Sequence record: SRR31156797_5219
Strand: one strand, 5' to 3'
Length of the DNA stretch: 30,799 nucleotides
Position 1 is the stretch's first letter. Each line of letters begins with the position of its first letter. The notes beneath the pieces were generated by a model. That model was not told where the DNA came from. It saw only the letters and a program-made list of their open reading frames with translations, and did no database searches. Positions 16,629 through 27,269 of this stretch are shown piece by piece. A program made the translations under genes and the position numbers.

Positions 16629-19600
16629 TTACTTACGCCTATTAAGAAACCAGCCTCTCATGCGCTCTAAAAGCTCATATTCAGCAGGAATGATAAGCAG
16701 TGTCAGTAGTGTAGCACTTGCAAGCCCGCTAGTAAAGGCTGTAGCCATGCTGGACCACTCAAGGGACTTATTAGGAAAACCAATTGCCATAGGCAAAAGC
16801 CCCAAAATCGTTGTAACTGTAGTAATCAGAACGGGTCTCATCCTCTGACTGCAAGCACTCATAACAGCTTCACGTAGCTCCATACCTTCTGCCCGCCTTT
16901 TGTTCATAAAATCTATAAGGATCAGCGAATCGTTCACCGCCACCCCGGCAAGACCAACAACAGCGATAAAGCTCTGCACCGTAAAAGTCGATCTGGTTAT
17001 AAACATCCCATAAACAACACCGATTATAGCAAAAGCTATAGCTGAAAGGATCAGCATCGGCTGGAAGTAATCATTAAACTGCGCCGTAAGCACAAGATAT
17101 ATGCCCAAAATTGCTATTATGAAAGCGAGTGCTAGTGACCTGAAAGCTCGATCTGTCTCTTCAAACTCACCACCAAAAGCCATCACAACCCCTGGATACC
17201 TCTCAGCAACATTAGCAAACTTTGTCTTAACAAGGTTCTGCACACGGCTGGATGTCAAGTTCACCCCATCTGGTATGTTAGCAGAAACCGTAATAGCTGT
17301 TTTCCCGTTATACCTGCGCATAACATTCGGCTCAGTATTATATTCTATCTCAACTACATCTTTCAGATAAATCGGGCGTTCACTGCTCTCAACCATAGGG
17401 AGAAGCAGAACATCCTCCGGTGATTTTATCCCCTCACCTGTATGGTTGTAATAATCTGTATCTTTTGCCAGCTTAACCTTGAGGTCTACCTCTTCATCGA
17501 GTGAGCGATATTTGCCTGCATACATACCGTTCAGAGCACCAGATGCTACACCAACCACCGAGGTTTCATCTAAGCCAAACTCTCGAACCTTCTCCGGTAT
17601 AGCGCTTATGCTGAAAGCTGACTGCTCTTTAGCCCGGTTATCCTGCAGCTCTAAAAGAACTTTTGTCTCACTATTATCAACTAAAAACGCCTTAACTTCC
17701 TCTGCTGCCATCTCGGCATCCCCGAGGGTGTTTGCTGTCACACGAATATTAACGTCTTTACCTACAGGAGGTCCTGTATTTTCTCCGAATAGGTTTACTA
17801 CAGGTGCCACCCCCCACTTATCAGAGTTTTCCGATGCAAACTTTATAAAGTCCTGACGCAAATAGTCAAGATAGGCAACAACATCATTGTCTTCCACACC
17901 CTTAAAAACCTGATCCCGAACATTAGGTAGTGTCACGATAACTGAGCCGTAGTAGTGCCCTCTATGGCGCTGAAAGTCTATGTCTTCATAAAATCCGGCA
18001 TAACCAGATACAGAAGCAGCTTCACCGTCCCCTTTTGCCATAATATATCTTGAAAAATCACGGACAACCTCATCTGTCACCTCAACAGGAGTCCCTGTAG
18101 GCAGCTCAAATGTCACGTGATACCTATAGTAACTATCTGGAAAAAACTTAACTTTTATAAGCGGCACAGCACCAGTAGCGGAAAGTACAAGAATAGCCAC
18201 AGCTGTCCAAAAGACTAAGGTCATAACAGCTAAAGTCTTAATTGAGTTATTAAGCAGAACAGCTATTATCCTGCTGTAGTATCGCCACGCCAGAGCAAAA
18301 ACACCCTTTTTAACATGGGCATGATCATCACCTGAGTGCTCTTTGACCTTCTTCGGACCCCACTCATAGTAGTGAACAGGGAGGATTATCAGAGCTTCCA
18401 GAAGAGATGCCGCCAGAGCAAATATAACCGTAAGCGGTACAAAAGCAAAAAAGTCGCCTGTACTTCCTGTCATGATAAACATAGGAACAAAAGCGAGTAT
18501 CGTAGTGAGCGCTGAACTTGTAACAGGGATAAAAATCTCAGCCGTACCGTCACGGACAGCCTTGGCCATAGATTTACCGTTTTGCAGGTGTCTGTATATG
18601 TTCTCTACGATGATAACCGAATCATCAACGATGATACCGGATATCAGCACAAAGGAAAATATCGTAATAGTATTAATAGAGTAGCCGAATGCGCTATTCA
18701 TAAGAACAGCGAAAAGGATAGAAAAAGGGATACCGACAGATGTGAGCATAGCGTTACGGAAACCGAGCACAAGCCAGAGGATTATCACCACAAGGATAAT
18801 ACCTATAAGCATGTTTCCGCCAAGAACCCTCACTGAGTCATCTATCTCAAGTGTGGAATCCTGTGTGTAATGAACAGAGATACCTTCAGAGGCGTGAACC
18901 CTGCCAAACTCTTCTGAAATACGCCTGATATCTTTTGCTATGGTAGATGTATCTCCATCACGCAGTTTCTTCACAATAAGCTGAACAGTGCTCTCACCAT
19001 TCACCGAAACCATAATGTCAGGGTCACGGTTACTCATACCTGCAAAGACAGATAAATCACGTACCCGTATAAAGTTTCCATCACCGTCCTTACGAACAAC
19101 AGCGTTAAGAACCGCCTCTTGAGAGGAGAATCTGTCACCAGTGTCCATCGTATATTCTATATTCCCTTTCCGGTAGACTCCGGCAGGAATTTTACTATTT
19201 GCGAGACTCACTGCATTAGCCGCTTCATAGAAAGAGATACCGTTTTTCTTTAATCTGTCGGGGGATAGGGCAACATGAAACTCTTCCTGAAAATCACCCG
19301 TCAGAGTAACACTCTCAACCATAGGTATCTTTCTTAGGTCGGTTTTCAGCTCTTGCGCCAGCATCTCAAGGGTCTTGTTAGAGACCTCACCTGCGATATT
19401 CACAGCCATAACAGGGAGGAACATCTCAGTATCAACATAAACAAATGACGGCTCGTCCACCTCAGCGGGGAGATCATTTTTAATATTCAGAATCTTTATG
19501 CGCATCTCATCGTACAACTTCTTATAGTCTGTATCATCGATGAATTTCACCTCGACAACAGAGACATTACGCATGGAGTTAGATTGAATGTATTCGACAT

Positions 19601-19829
19601 TTTCAAGGTCTTCGAGGGCATCTTCAAGTTTTTTGGTTACGAGTGACTCAACGTCCTCCGGTGATGCACCGTAGTATACCGTATAAATAAATACCTTACC
19701 TATGTCCACAGGCGGCATATTCTGGATTGGCGATGTGATAAAGCTGTTTATACCTGCGATGAGCAGAATCGCGAAAATTACATTAATAACAACCCGCTTC
19801 TGAATTACGAGTTCTACGAATCCTTTCAT
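16629..19829 (-). CDS. RND efflux transporter permease (AcrB/AcrD/AcrF family)
   Basis: 1066 aa. GASPEDVESLVT, GIIVDDSVIIVENI, GVAVNDSLILID, RMRPVLITTVTTILGLLPM. Confidence 0.93.
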   Translation of the reverse strand: MKGFVELVIQKRVVINVIFAILLIAGINSFITSPIQNMPPVDIGKVFIYTVYYGASPEDVESLVTKKLEDALEDLENVEYIQSNSMRNVSVVEVKFIDDTDYKKLYDEMRIKILNIKNDLPAEVDEPSFVYVDTEMFLPVMAVNIAGEVSNKTLEMLAQELKTDLRKIPMVESVTLTGDFQEEFHVALSPDRLKKNGISFYEAANAVSLANSKIPAGVYRKGNIEYTMDTGDRFSSQEAVLNAVVRKDGDGNFIRVRDLSVFAGMSNRDPDIMVSVNGESTVQLIVKKLRDGDTSTIAKDIRRISEEFGRVHASEGISVHYTQDSTLEIDDSVRVLGGNMLIGIILVVIILWLVLGFRNAMLTSVGIPFSILFAVLMNSAFGYSINTITIFSFVLISGIIVDDSVIIVENIYRHLQNGKSMAKAVRDGTAEIFIPVTSSALTTILAFVPMFIMTGSTGDFFAFVPLTVIFALAASLLEALIILPVHYYEWGPKKVKEHSGDDHAHVKKGVFALAWRYYSRIIAVLLNNSIKTLAVMTLVFWTAVAILVLSATGAVPLIKVKFFPDSYYRYHVTFELPTGTPVEVTDEVVRDFSRYIMAKGDGEAASVSGYAGFYEDIDFQRHRGHYYGSVIVTLPNVRDQVFKGVEDNDVVAYLDYLRQDFIKFASENSDKWGVAPVVNLFGENTGPPVGKDVNIRVTANTLGDAEMAAEEVKAFLVDNSETKVLLELQDNRAKEQSAFSISAIPEKVREFGLDETSVVGVASGALNGMYAGKYRSLDEEVDLKVKLAKDTDYYNHTGEGIKSPEDVLLLPMVESSERPIYLKDVVEIEYNTEPNVMRRYNGKTAITVSANIPDGVNLTSSRVQNLVKTKFANVAERYPGVVMAFGGEFEETDRAFRSLALAFIIAILGIYLVLTAQFNDYFQPMLILSAIAFAIIGVVYGMFITRSTFTVQSFIAVVGLAGVAVNDSLILIDFMNKRRAEGMELREAVMSACSQRMRPVLITTVTTILGLLPMAIGFPNKSLEWSSMATAFTSGLASATLLTLLIIPAEYELLERMRGWFLNRRK

Positions 19830-20800
19830 CTTACAGCCTCAAGCTCCATACCGGCCTTGAGCTCTTTATTAGGAGCTAGGAGTGTCATCTCACCATCACG
19901 ACCTATGATGCTGACTTTTATCTCTCTCCCGTTTGAAATGACTCTGGGGTTAGCGTACCGCTCATTCACTGCGCGGCTGTCCACCATAAGCCCGTTTGCA
20001 CCTGTTACAACAGGAACCTGAACCAGAAGACCGCCAACACCGAACATCTCAATAGAAAGTTCTATCTGGCGCTTTCTTGTGCGCTCATCAAAGGCCGGAC
20101 TGACACGCTTAACTGTCGCCTTCAAAGGCTTGCCGTCAACTATAACAGCACACTCCGCTTTAGATTTAAGGTACGCAAGCTGTTCGTTATCAACAAACAC
20201 CGGAACTATAAGTGTGCGGTAATCGCCAGCTAATGCTATTGTCTGCCCGGGATTAACAAGCTCACCAACCTCAAGAGGTTTAGTTGTCACCTGCCAGCCG
20301 GAAGGGATTTTTATATAGTTACGTCTGTTTCGTTCAGTAAGCTCAGCCAGTGAAACTTTCAAAGCCTCACGGTCAGCCGCAAGCTCAGCCAAGGTAAGCT
20401 CTACCTGATCAAAAGCATTCTTCGCTCCATCCCGTCTGCTCTCAGTCTCCACTTCACTAAGGTACAGAGACTCAACACGGGCGAACTCTTTCTTAAGGTA
20501 ATCCCTGTTGCTCTCGAGCCTTTTGATCGAAGCATCAAGCTTTTTCATAGAAGTTTTTATTGATTTTATACTGAAATTTGTAAATGTAGGGTCGACAACT
20601 GCAAACACACTGCCGTCTGAAACATCACCCATGGCTAAGTTTACTTTCGTAAGCCTGCCTGACGTCTCGGCGGTTATCGTCATGGTATTTGCAGCTCTTG
20701 TATAGCCGGTAATCTGCGAATGCTTCTTCGCCGGCATGATAGTATATGCAAAACTGTTAAAACTGATTAGTAAAATGACTAGAATAAATAATCTGACCAC
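19826..20800 (-). CDS. RND periplasmic adaptor (membrane fusion protein)
   Basis: Probable GTG start at 20800 after GAGGTG; signal peptide follows. Lipoyl halves ITAETSGRL..V..GD and GELVNPGQTI around a coiled coil. VSPAFDERTR. Stop overlaps the RND start. Confidence 0.85.
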   Translation of the reverse strand: MVRLFILVILLISFNSFAYTIMPAKKHSQITGYTRAANTMTITAETSGRLTKVNLAMGDVSDGSVFAVVDPTFTNFSIKSIKTSMKKLDASIKRLESNRDYLKKEFARVESLYLSEVETESRRDGAKNAFDQVELTLAELAADREALKVSLAELTERNRRNYIKIPSGWQVTTKPLEVGELVNPGQTIALAGDYRTLIVPVFVDNEQLAYLKSKAECAVIVDGKPLKATVKRVSPAFDERTRKRQIELSIEMFGVGGLLVQVPVVTGANGLMVDSRAVNERYANPRVISNGREIKVSIIGRDGEMTLLAPNKELKAGMELEAVR

Positions 20801-20859
20801 AACCCACCTCAAACAATTAGATACAATTATATGATAACGGTTCGCAGACAAATTGCCAG

Positions 20860-21996
20860 TCAATTTTTCTTCAAAACTGCTCCAAAAAAGCCGTCTGAAT
20901 CATTCTTATAAGGCATAGCGCTGAAGTACTTACCGTCTTTGAAATCTTCATCACATGAAGGTTCCGCCAGTTTAAATTCTCTATTCATACTCAGAAACTT
21001 TTTTATGACATCTGTGGTTTCTTCTGTCTCCATAGAGCAAACAGAATAGATAAGTGTTCCGCCGTCTCCGACAAACTCTGCCACTCTTTTAAGCATATTG
21101 AGCTGTTTCTTGCCGTTCTCTCTAAGCCCCGCCTCTGTCCTGAACCAGCGAACCTCAGGGTGACGTTTTACAGTACCTAGAGATGAGCAAGGAGCATCAA
21201 GGAGCACAAGCTCAAACTCTGCCTCGGTCTCAAGTTTTAATATATCCTGATTAACACAATCAACATTTCCAAGCCCGAGGTTAGAGATATTCTCTTTAAG
21301 CTTTTCAAACCTGACACTATCCTTCTCAACAGCGAAAACTCTTGAGTCAGGATAAGTTTTGGAGAGTACAAATGTCTTACCGCCAGGTGCGGCGCAACAA
21401 TCAAGCACGGACATAGGCTTAATATCACCGGCGAGTCTTGCCACAGCGTGGGAAGCTCTGTCCATTATGTATTTATCGCTCTTTTCAGTGAGCTTTTCGA
21501 TCTCCATCGTTTCTCTGTCAACACCGTAAAATGAAGGTTTCTTATTCATATCATGAAGGAAATCTTCGAGATCATCACCGAGCCTCTCGCCCCAGCGTCT
21601 GACAAACCAGTTAGGAAAGTCTTTTTTCACAGTGTAATTTTCGAGGAACTCTTCCCTCTGGCGGATGACGTTACGAAGGATGGCGTTCACAAAGCTGCGC
21701 TTATTATCCTTAACCATATCAACTGTTTCATTAACAGCGGCATAGTCTGGTATGTCGTCCATAAAAAGTAACTGGCAGGTTCCTAGTGCGAGAGCCGCCT
21801 TCAGTTCAGGGTTTGGCTCTGCTTTATAAAGTGACGCAAGACACTTCTCTATATAGCCGAGGTGTCTGAATGTTTCAAAATATATCTTCCGGTATAGCTT
21901 CTGTTCTGCCGCATCTTCAAAATAATCTTCCATAAGTACGCCGTTATAGTAAGCAGCGAGAACTTCATAAAGTCTCCATCTGTATTTATCAGCCAT
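20860..21996 (-). CDS. rsmB: 16S rRNA m5C methyltransferase RsmB/Sun (compact form)
   Basis: NusB-like N-terminus (IPDYAAVNETV, FVNAILR), VLDCCAAPGGKT, LLDAPCSSLG, RHPE, YSVCS, DGFF. Located in an fmt operon. Confidence 0.85.
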   Translation of the reverse strand: MADKYRWRLYEVLAAYYNGVLMEDYFEDAAEQKLYRKIYFETFRHLGYIEKCLASLYKAEPNPELKAALALGTCQLLFMDDIPDYAAVNETVDMVKDNKRSFVNAILRNVIRQREEFLENYTVKKDFPNWFVRRWGERLGDDLEDFLHDMNKKPSFYGVDRETMEIEKLTEKSDKYIMDRASHAVARLAGDIKPMSVLDCCAAPGGKTFVLSKTYPDSRVFAVEKDSVRFEKLKENISNLGLGNVDCVNQDILKLETEAEFELVLLDAPCSSLGTVKRHPEVRWFRTEAGLRENGKKQLNMLKRVAEFVGDGGTLIYSVCSMETEETTDVIKKFLSMNREFKLAEPSCDEDFKDGKYFSAMPYKNDSDGFFGAVLKKN

Positions 21997-22865
21997 TATC
22001 TAACCTTCTCAGCAATAGCCGAGAGACGCTTAATACGCTCTTCTACCGGCGGGTGTGTTGAAAAGAGTGAAAGCATACTTTTACCACTGAGTGGGTTCAT
22101 GATCATCATATGTGCGGTTGCAGCATTTGCATTCTCCATAGGCATGTGCTGTACACCACCAGAGATCTTATTAAGTGCACTAGCAAGTGCATTCGGCTTA
22201 CCAGAGAGGTGCGCACCACGCTCATCAGCGAGGTATTCACGTGATCTTGATATGGCCATCTGAACCAACATAGCAGCGATAGGAGCGAGGATACTCACAA
22301 TAATCATAACCACCATGCCGAGCGGATGTCCGCCCTCATCGTCGTCGTTACCGCTGAATCCGCCGAAAATTGCGGCGAACCTTGCCCAGTCAGCGAGCAT
22401 CATTATAGCACCAGCGAAAGTAGCCGCTATTGTACCGATAAGTATGTCTCGTCCGTGTATGTGCGCAAGCTCGTGAGCGATAACACCCTCAAGCTCGTCA
22501 TCGTTAAGGAGCTGCATAATCCCTGTGGTCACAGCAACAACACCGTGCTGAGGGTCACGACCTGTAGCAAATGCGTTCGGTGACGGATTATTCATTATAT
22601 AAACTTTCGGCATAGGGAGTCCGCCCTTTTCCGCAAGATTTCTAACTATTCTGTAGAGGTCAGGAGCTTCCGCTTCCGAAGCCTCTTTCGCACGATACAT
22701 CTTAAGCACTATGGAGTGGCTGAACCAGTAAGATGCAAAGTTCATAACCATAGCAAGTCCAAATGCAAAAATAACACCACCACGACCGCCGATAGCACCA
22801 CCGACAAGCATAAAAAGAGCCATAAGAAGTGTCATCAATAATCCGGTCTTAAGCATGTTGTTCAT
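21996..22865 (-). CDS. htpX: Zinc metalloprotease HtpX
   Basis: PNAFATGRDP, GVIAHELAH (HExxH), SRSREYLAD, LFSTHPP. Confidence 0.95.
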   Translation of the reverse strand: MNNMLKTGLLMTLLMALFMLVGGAIGGRGGVIFAFGLAMVMNFASYWFSHSIVLKMYRAKEASEAEAPDLYRIVRNLAEKGGLPMPKVYIMNNPSPNAFATGRDPQHGVVAVTTGIMQLLNDDELEGVIAHELAHIHGRDILIGTIAATFAGAIMMLADWARFAAIFGGFSGNDDDEGGHPLGMVVMIIVSILAPIAAMLVQMAISRSREYLADERGAHLSGKPNALASALNKISGGVQHMPMENANAATAHMMIMNPLSGKSMLSLFSTHPPVEERIKRLSAIAEKVR

Positions 22866-23626
22866 ATCGCCTCCTGAGATTTATATATACTTTTTATTTC
22901 TTCTTCTATCATTTCAACGTTAACCCTTGTGCTTCTGCACTCACCATTAGGTCTGCGGTTGCAAAAACCGATAACAGGCATAGGGTAGGTGTCCTGTATG
23001 CCGCTTAAAAGGTCACGCTCGCAAGCAACAGCGAGGATAACATCCGGTCTCGCCTCTTTCACTATCCTGCGTGCTACTGTGCCGCCAGTGGCGACATTTA
23101 TAGATAAATTATATCTCTCTGCCAAATCCACAAGGTCTTTTATGTCACATTTCCCGCAGCCGACACACTTGCCGATATCACTCGTAAGTTTCAGCGCACA
23201 GTCGTCGAGCTGAAGACAGTGCGGAAGGAGAACAAGAATATTCTCCGGTTTTTTACCCTTTACAAGGTTGCGTACAATTTCATTATTAATGTTGATGAAT
23301 GCCCTAACTATCCTATCCTTTTCAACACCAAGCACCTTGCCGGTTCTGAGCACTACGGGGAGAGTCAGCCTCTGCGCCACACGGCGAAAGCCTTTCACCT
23401 GCCCGAAGCTATTTCCGGTAAGTGCCGTATAGGCAAAAACAGTGGAAAAGAAGGTCATGGATAGAGCAAACATTATAAAAAGCACTGTTATCACACCTGC
23501 GAGGATATCTGAAAATACAGTCGCCCCGATAGACATGAAATACCATACTATAAGCCCCGTCCCGAAAAGGATAGAACCACTGAGGAAAAACAGAGCCATA
23601 AAGATCGCCCTGTCCTTCGATATCAT
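22862..23626 (-). CDS. DUF116 domain membrane protein
   Basis: Probable start ATG 23626 (MISKDRA), 4 nt after the fmt stop. Two TM helices, LLPHCLQ, CxxCGKC, VATGGT, AVACERDL. Confidence 0.85.
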   Translation of the reverse strand: MISKDRAIFMALFFLSGSILFGTGLIVWYFMSIGATVFSDILAGVITVLFIMFALSMTFFSTVFAYTALTGNSFGQVKGFRRVAQRLTLPVVLRTGKVLGVEKDRIVRAFININNEIVRNLVKGKKPENILVLLPHCLQLDDCALKLTSDIGKCVGCGKCDIKDLVDLAERYNLSINVATGGTVARRIVKEARPDVILAVACERDLLSGIQDTYPMPVIGFCNRRPNGECRSTRVNVEMIEEEIKSIYKSQEAI

Positions 23627-23630
23627 TTTT

Positions 23631-24554
23631 CTATTCAAATTTTTCGCCGCCCTTAAGTTGTGCACCTGCGAGGAAACTACCCACCGGCATACGTTTTTTA
23701 CCTTCCGGCTGAAGCTCTTTAACCTTAAGCCCGCCATCTCCGCATTTAATGGAAAAGGACTTCTTGGTAACGTCAAAGACCTCACCAATTTGCAACCCCT
23801 CAGGGGTTTTGACAATTTCAGCGGCAAAAAGTTTTACGGTTTTGCCGTTAAGAGTGCTGTAGGCAGTAGGCCAAGGGACAAATCCCCTTATCATACACTC
23901 GATCTCTTCCGCTGGCTTTGACCAGTCGATCTGACCGTCCTCTTTCTTCATCATAGGGGCGTATGTCATCTCGTCATCGTTCTGCTTTATAGGTGTGATG
24001 CTGTCGAATTCATTTAAAGTTTTGATGAGAAGCTTTGCGCCAGTCTCAGAGAGCTCCTCTGCTATATCGAGTGCTGTCTTCTTCTCTATCGGTGTCTCTT
24101 CCACAAGGAGTATATCGCCAGTGTCGAGACCTGCATCCATAAGCATGGTGGCAACACCTGTCTCTTTCTCACCACGGATAACAGCCCAGTTAACAGGAGC
24201 GGCGCCTCGATATTTCGGAAGGAGTGAGAAGTGGACATTGATCGGAGCAAACTTCGGAGTATCAAGTACAGCCTGCGGAAGTATCTTCCCATAAGCCGCA
24301 ACAACAAGGAAATCCGGAGCGATAGCATTGAGCTGCGCTAGAACTTCATCATTGTTTTTCAGAGATTTAGGCTGGATAACCTCGATCCCCTTCTCAACTG
24401 CATACTCTTTGACAGGCGGAGCCTGCATCTGTTTACCACGCCCTTTCGGCTTATCAGTCTGGGTGATAACCAGAGCGACCTCTATATTATTATCTACTAA
24501 TTCTCTGAGTGTAGGGACTGCCATCTCAGGAGTTCCCATAAAAACTACTTTCAT
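23631..24554 (-). CDS. fmt: Methionyl-tRNA formyltransferase
   Basis: MKVVFMGTP start after a GAGG RBS. DKPKGRG, VAAYGKIL, NVHFSLLPKYRGAAPV, DAGLDTGDI. Confidence 0.96.
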   Translation of the reverse strand: MKVVFMGTPEMAVPTLRELVDNNIEVALVITQTDKPKGRGKQMQAPPVKEYAVEKGIEVIQPKSLKNNDEVLAQLNAIAPDFLVVAAYGKILPQAVLDTPKFAPINVHFSLLPKYRGAAPVNWAVIRGEKETGVATMLMDAGLDTGDILLVEETPIEKKTALDIAEELSETGAKLLIKTLNEFDSITPIKQNDDEMTYAPMMKKEDGQIDWSKPAEEIECMIRGFVPWPTAYSTLNGKTVKLFAAEIVKTPEGLQIGEVFDVTKKSFSIKCGDGGLKVKELQPEGKKRMPVGSFLAGAQLKGGEKFE

Positions 24555-24717
24555 AAAAAACCTCAATATAATGATTGAATAGTATTAATAGTATAAAGTT
24601 CACCTATTTACAACCCCTATCGGCACTATTCACAAAGGCAAAAGTGTATAGTTTTTTCACACCCTTTTGCAAAATTTGCCAATGTAAAGAGTAACCAAAT
24701 GATATATTATCGTAAGT

Positions 24718-25968
24718 ATGGAAAAAAACTTTGCAACAAGGCTTAAATACATTCTGGCAATAGCTGTTATCCTCAACCTGCTCATTATTGTTATGCAGGG
24801 GTTCAGCAGCAGAAAATCTATAGAGCAATCTAAGAAAGCGCTCATGCTTGTGGGTAAAACAGCTCTCTCATCTTTCGAGGGCGGTCGGAGGGCACATATG
24901 CTGCTCGACGAAAGCAATACATCTCGTTTCCGCTCTTTCATAGACTCCATCGGTGCTGATACAGGTGTTCTCTCCTTATACCTTTTTGGTGCAAAGGGGC
25001 GTGTGCTTCTCAATACAAAAGATGTAGTTCCGCCACACATAGACCCAACAGTAAGCTCCGGCGGTGTGATAGAGACAGAGGACGGGCTGTTCATGTTTCA
25101 CACCCTCCCACCGGCAAGACATATGATGGGGGGACGAGGTAATAATCAGAATAAACCCTGGCTGAAGGCTGACTTAGGTAAACTCACCGCAGGCGTAATG
25201 CTCGACCTTTCAGGTTACAGGAGGCTTGTGCGCTCAGAGAAGATGTTCATGACATTTATGATACTGCTCGAGGTGATACTGATAGCCATATACATATACA
25301 CTGCGAAGATTTTAAAGGTTTACACTGCTCAGTCGAAAAGACTTGAGGCATCCGAGCGGGAGGCTGAGCTTGGCAAGATGTCACGTGTGATGGCTCACGA
25401 ACTCAAAAATCCACTCTCAACCGTAAAAGGACTTATGGAGTTTTCCGCTAAAAAGTCCGAAGGTGAGCTGAAAGATATCTCTGAAAGCTGTGTAGACGAG
25501 CTTGTAAGGCTGGATAAGATCATCAACGACTACCTCTCTTACGGCAAGGACATGACTCTGAATATCTCAGAGGCGAACCTTAATAATATTTCAGACAACA
25601 CCGCAAAGCTTTTGCAGATAGACGCACAGCAGAAAGATATAACTGTTAATATAAAAGGTGAGGCGAACATCAAAGCCGACCCTGAAAAGATTCGCCAAGT
25701 AATCTTTAATCTGCTTATGAACGCTGTGCAGGGCGCACCTGAAAATACAGAAATAAACATAACGATCACAGATAAAGCACTAACTATCACCAATATGATA
25801 GAGGATAAAGACTTCGATGAGAACGACCTAGGCAAGCCTTTCTATACAACTAAAACAGTAGGAACAGGGCTCGGGCTTGCGATAGTGAAACGCATTGTCC
25901 AGCTACACGGATTTAGGTGTGAGATAAACACTGACGACAAATTTACTGTTGAAATCACTTACGGATAA
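24718..25968 (+). CDS. Sensor histidine kinase (ZraS/AtoS-like)
   Basis: Two TM segments, H-box [31 protein letters not shown]. Confidence 0.9.
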   Translation: MEKNFATRLKYILAIAVILNLLIIVMQGFSSRKSIEQSKKALMLVGKTALSSFEGGRRAHMLLDESNTSRFRSFIDSIGADTGVLSLYLFGAKGRVLLNTKDVVPPHIDPTVSSGGVIETEDGLFMFHTLPPARHMMGGRGNNQNKPWLKADLGKLTAGVMLDLSGYRRLVRSEKMFMTFMILLEVILIAIYIYTAKILKVYTAQSKRLEASEREAELGKMSRVMAHELKNPLSTVKGLMEFSAKKSEGELKDISESCVDELVRLDKIINDYLSYGKDMTLNISEANLNNISDNTAKLLQIDAQQKDITVNIKGEANIKADPEKIRQVIFNLLMNAVQGAPENTEINITITDKALTITNMIEDKDFDENDLGKPFYTTKTVGTGLGLAIVKRIVQLHGFRCEINTDDKFTVEITYG

Positions 25969-25969
25969 A

Positions 25970-27268
25970 ATGATGAAAATACTTATCGTTGATGATGAAA
26001 AGAACCACAGACTGATGCTGAAACTCCACATGGAGGATGCAGGACACAAAACCGCACAGGCGGAGAACGGGCTGAAAGCACTTGAGGCTCTCGATGGTGA
26101 CAAGTTTGATGCTATCCTGCTAGACATGAAGATGGACGTTATGGATGGGCTGACCTTCCTCGGCATGATGAATAGGAAAGGTCACATAGTGCCGGTAATA
26201 GTTATTACAGCGTTCTCAACGGTAAAAACCGCTGTAGAATCTATGAAGCTTGGCGCTGTGGACTATCTCACCAAACCTGTGGACATAGACCAGCTTAAAG
26301 AGGCTCTCGGCAAGATAGGCGAGACATCCTGCGAACTGTTAACACCCGCTGATAACTACAAATTCGGCGGAGTATATGCGAAAGAGGGGCTCGGTTCCAC
26401 TATCGAACAGCTTAAGCTTGTTGCCCCGACAGATGCGACTGTTCTTATTTTAGGTGAATCTGGAACGGGGAAAGAGCTTGTAGCGAAGTCTGTACATGAC
26501 AACTCCAGACGTTCCGTAAAGCCTTACCTCGCAATAAACTGCGCCGCACTTTCAGAAAACATAATAGAGAGCGAACTTTTCGGTCATGTGAAGGGTGCAT
26601 TCACAACTGCTGTTAGGGATAAGAAAGGACTTTTCGAATCCGCAGACGGAGGTACTCTCTTTCTGGACGAGATAGGCGAGCTGTCACTCAATGTTCAGGC
26701 GAAACTCCTCAGAGTTTTACAAGAGGGCGCATTCGAGCGTGTGGGCGACACAAAAACAATAAAGACTGACGTGCGCATCGTAGCGGCTACTAATAGAAAC
26801 CTTAAAAAACTTTCTGAATCAGGCGAGTTCCGTGAGGACCTGTATTTCAGGCTGGCGGTATTCCCTGTAGACGTTCCCCCTCTGCGTGAGAGGAAAGAGG
26901 AGATAGCACCGCTGGTGAAATTCTTCATAGAGAAGCACGCAGACAAGCTAGGTAAATTAATTAAATCAGCAGATCCTTTGTATATTAAGAAGTTATCCAC
27001 TTACGGCTTCCCCGGCAATATAAGAGAGCTTGAAAATGTTGTCGAACGAAGTATCATACTCACGACAGGCACAAAACTTGAGCCTGCGACTCTCCCTTCT
27101 TTCGGCGGAAATGCCGACAGCGGGCTGAGTATAAGGGATAATGAGCGAGACCTTATCATCAAGGCGCTCAAAAAAACTGGCGGCAACAAAACTAAGGCCG
27201 CAGAAGTTCTTCAAATATCAAGACGGACGCTTCATAACAAGCTGAAGGAGTTCGACATAGAGGATTAA
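25970..27268 (+). CDS. Sigma-54-dependent response regulator (NtrC/ZraR family)
   Basis: REC (ILIVDDE, LLDMKM, DYLTKP), Walker [23 protein letters not shown], Walker [25 protein letters not shown], Fis [14 protein letters not shown]. Start taken at ATG 25970 or 25973. Confidence 0.95.
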   Translation: MMKILIVDDEKNHRLMLKLHMEDAGHKTAQAENGLKALEALDGDKFDAILLDMKMDVMDGLTFLGMMNRKGHIVPVIVITAFSTVKTAVESMKLGAVDYLTKPVDIDQLKEALGKIGETSCELLTPADNYKFGGVYAKEGLGSTIEQLKLVAPTDATVLILGESGTGKELVAKSVHDNSRRSVKPYLAINCAALSENIIESELFGHVKGAFTTAVRDKKGLFESADGGTLFLDEIGELSLNVQAKLLRVLQEGAFERVGDTKTIKTDVRIVAATNRNLKKLSESGEFREDLYFRLAVFPVDVPPLRERKEEIAPLVKFFIEKHADKLGKLIKSADPLYIKKLSTYGFPGNIRELENVVERSIILTTGTKLEPATLPSFGGNADSGLSIRDNERDLIIKALKKTGGNKTKAAEVLQISRRTLHNKLKEFDIED

Positions 27269-27269
27269 T

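Noticed and set aside
20801-20863. N-terminal extension of the MFP in the ORF track
   Set aside because: The RBS and signal peptide position favour GTG 20800.
23627-23827. 67-aa N-terminal extension of DUF116 in the ORF track
   Set aside because: It lies almost entirely inside fmt in another frame. ATG 23626 gives a normal protein.
24590-24685. Sigma-28 or sigma-54 promoter in the fmt/kinase divergent region
   Set aside because: GCCGATAG has TTTT rather than TAAA at the -35 position, and TGGCAAATTTTGC has 8 rather than 10 nt between GG and GC.
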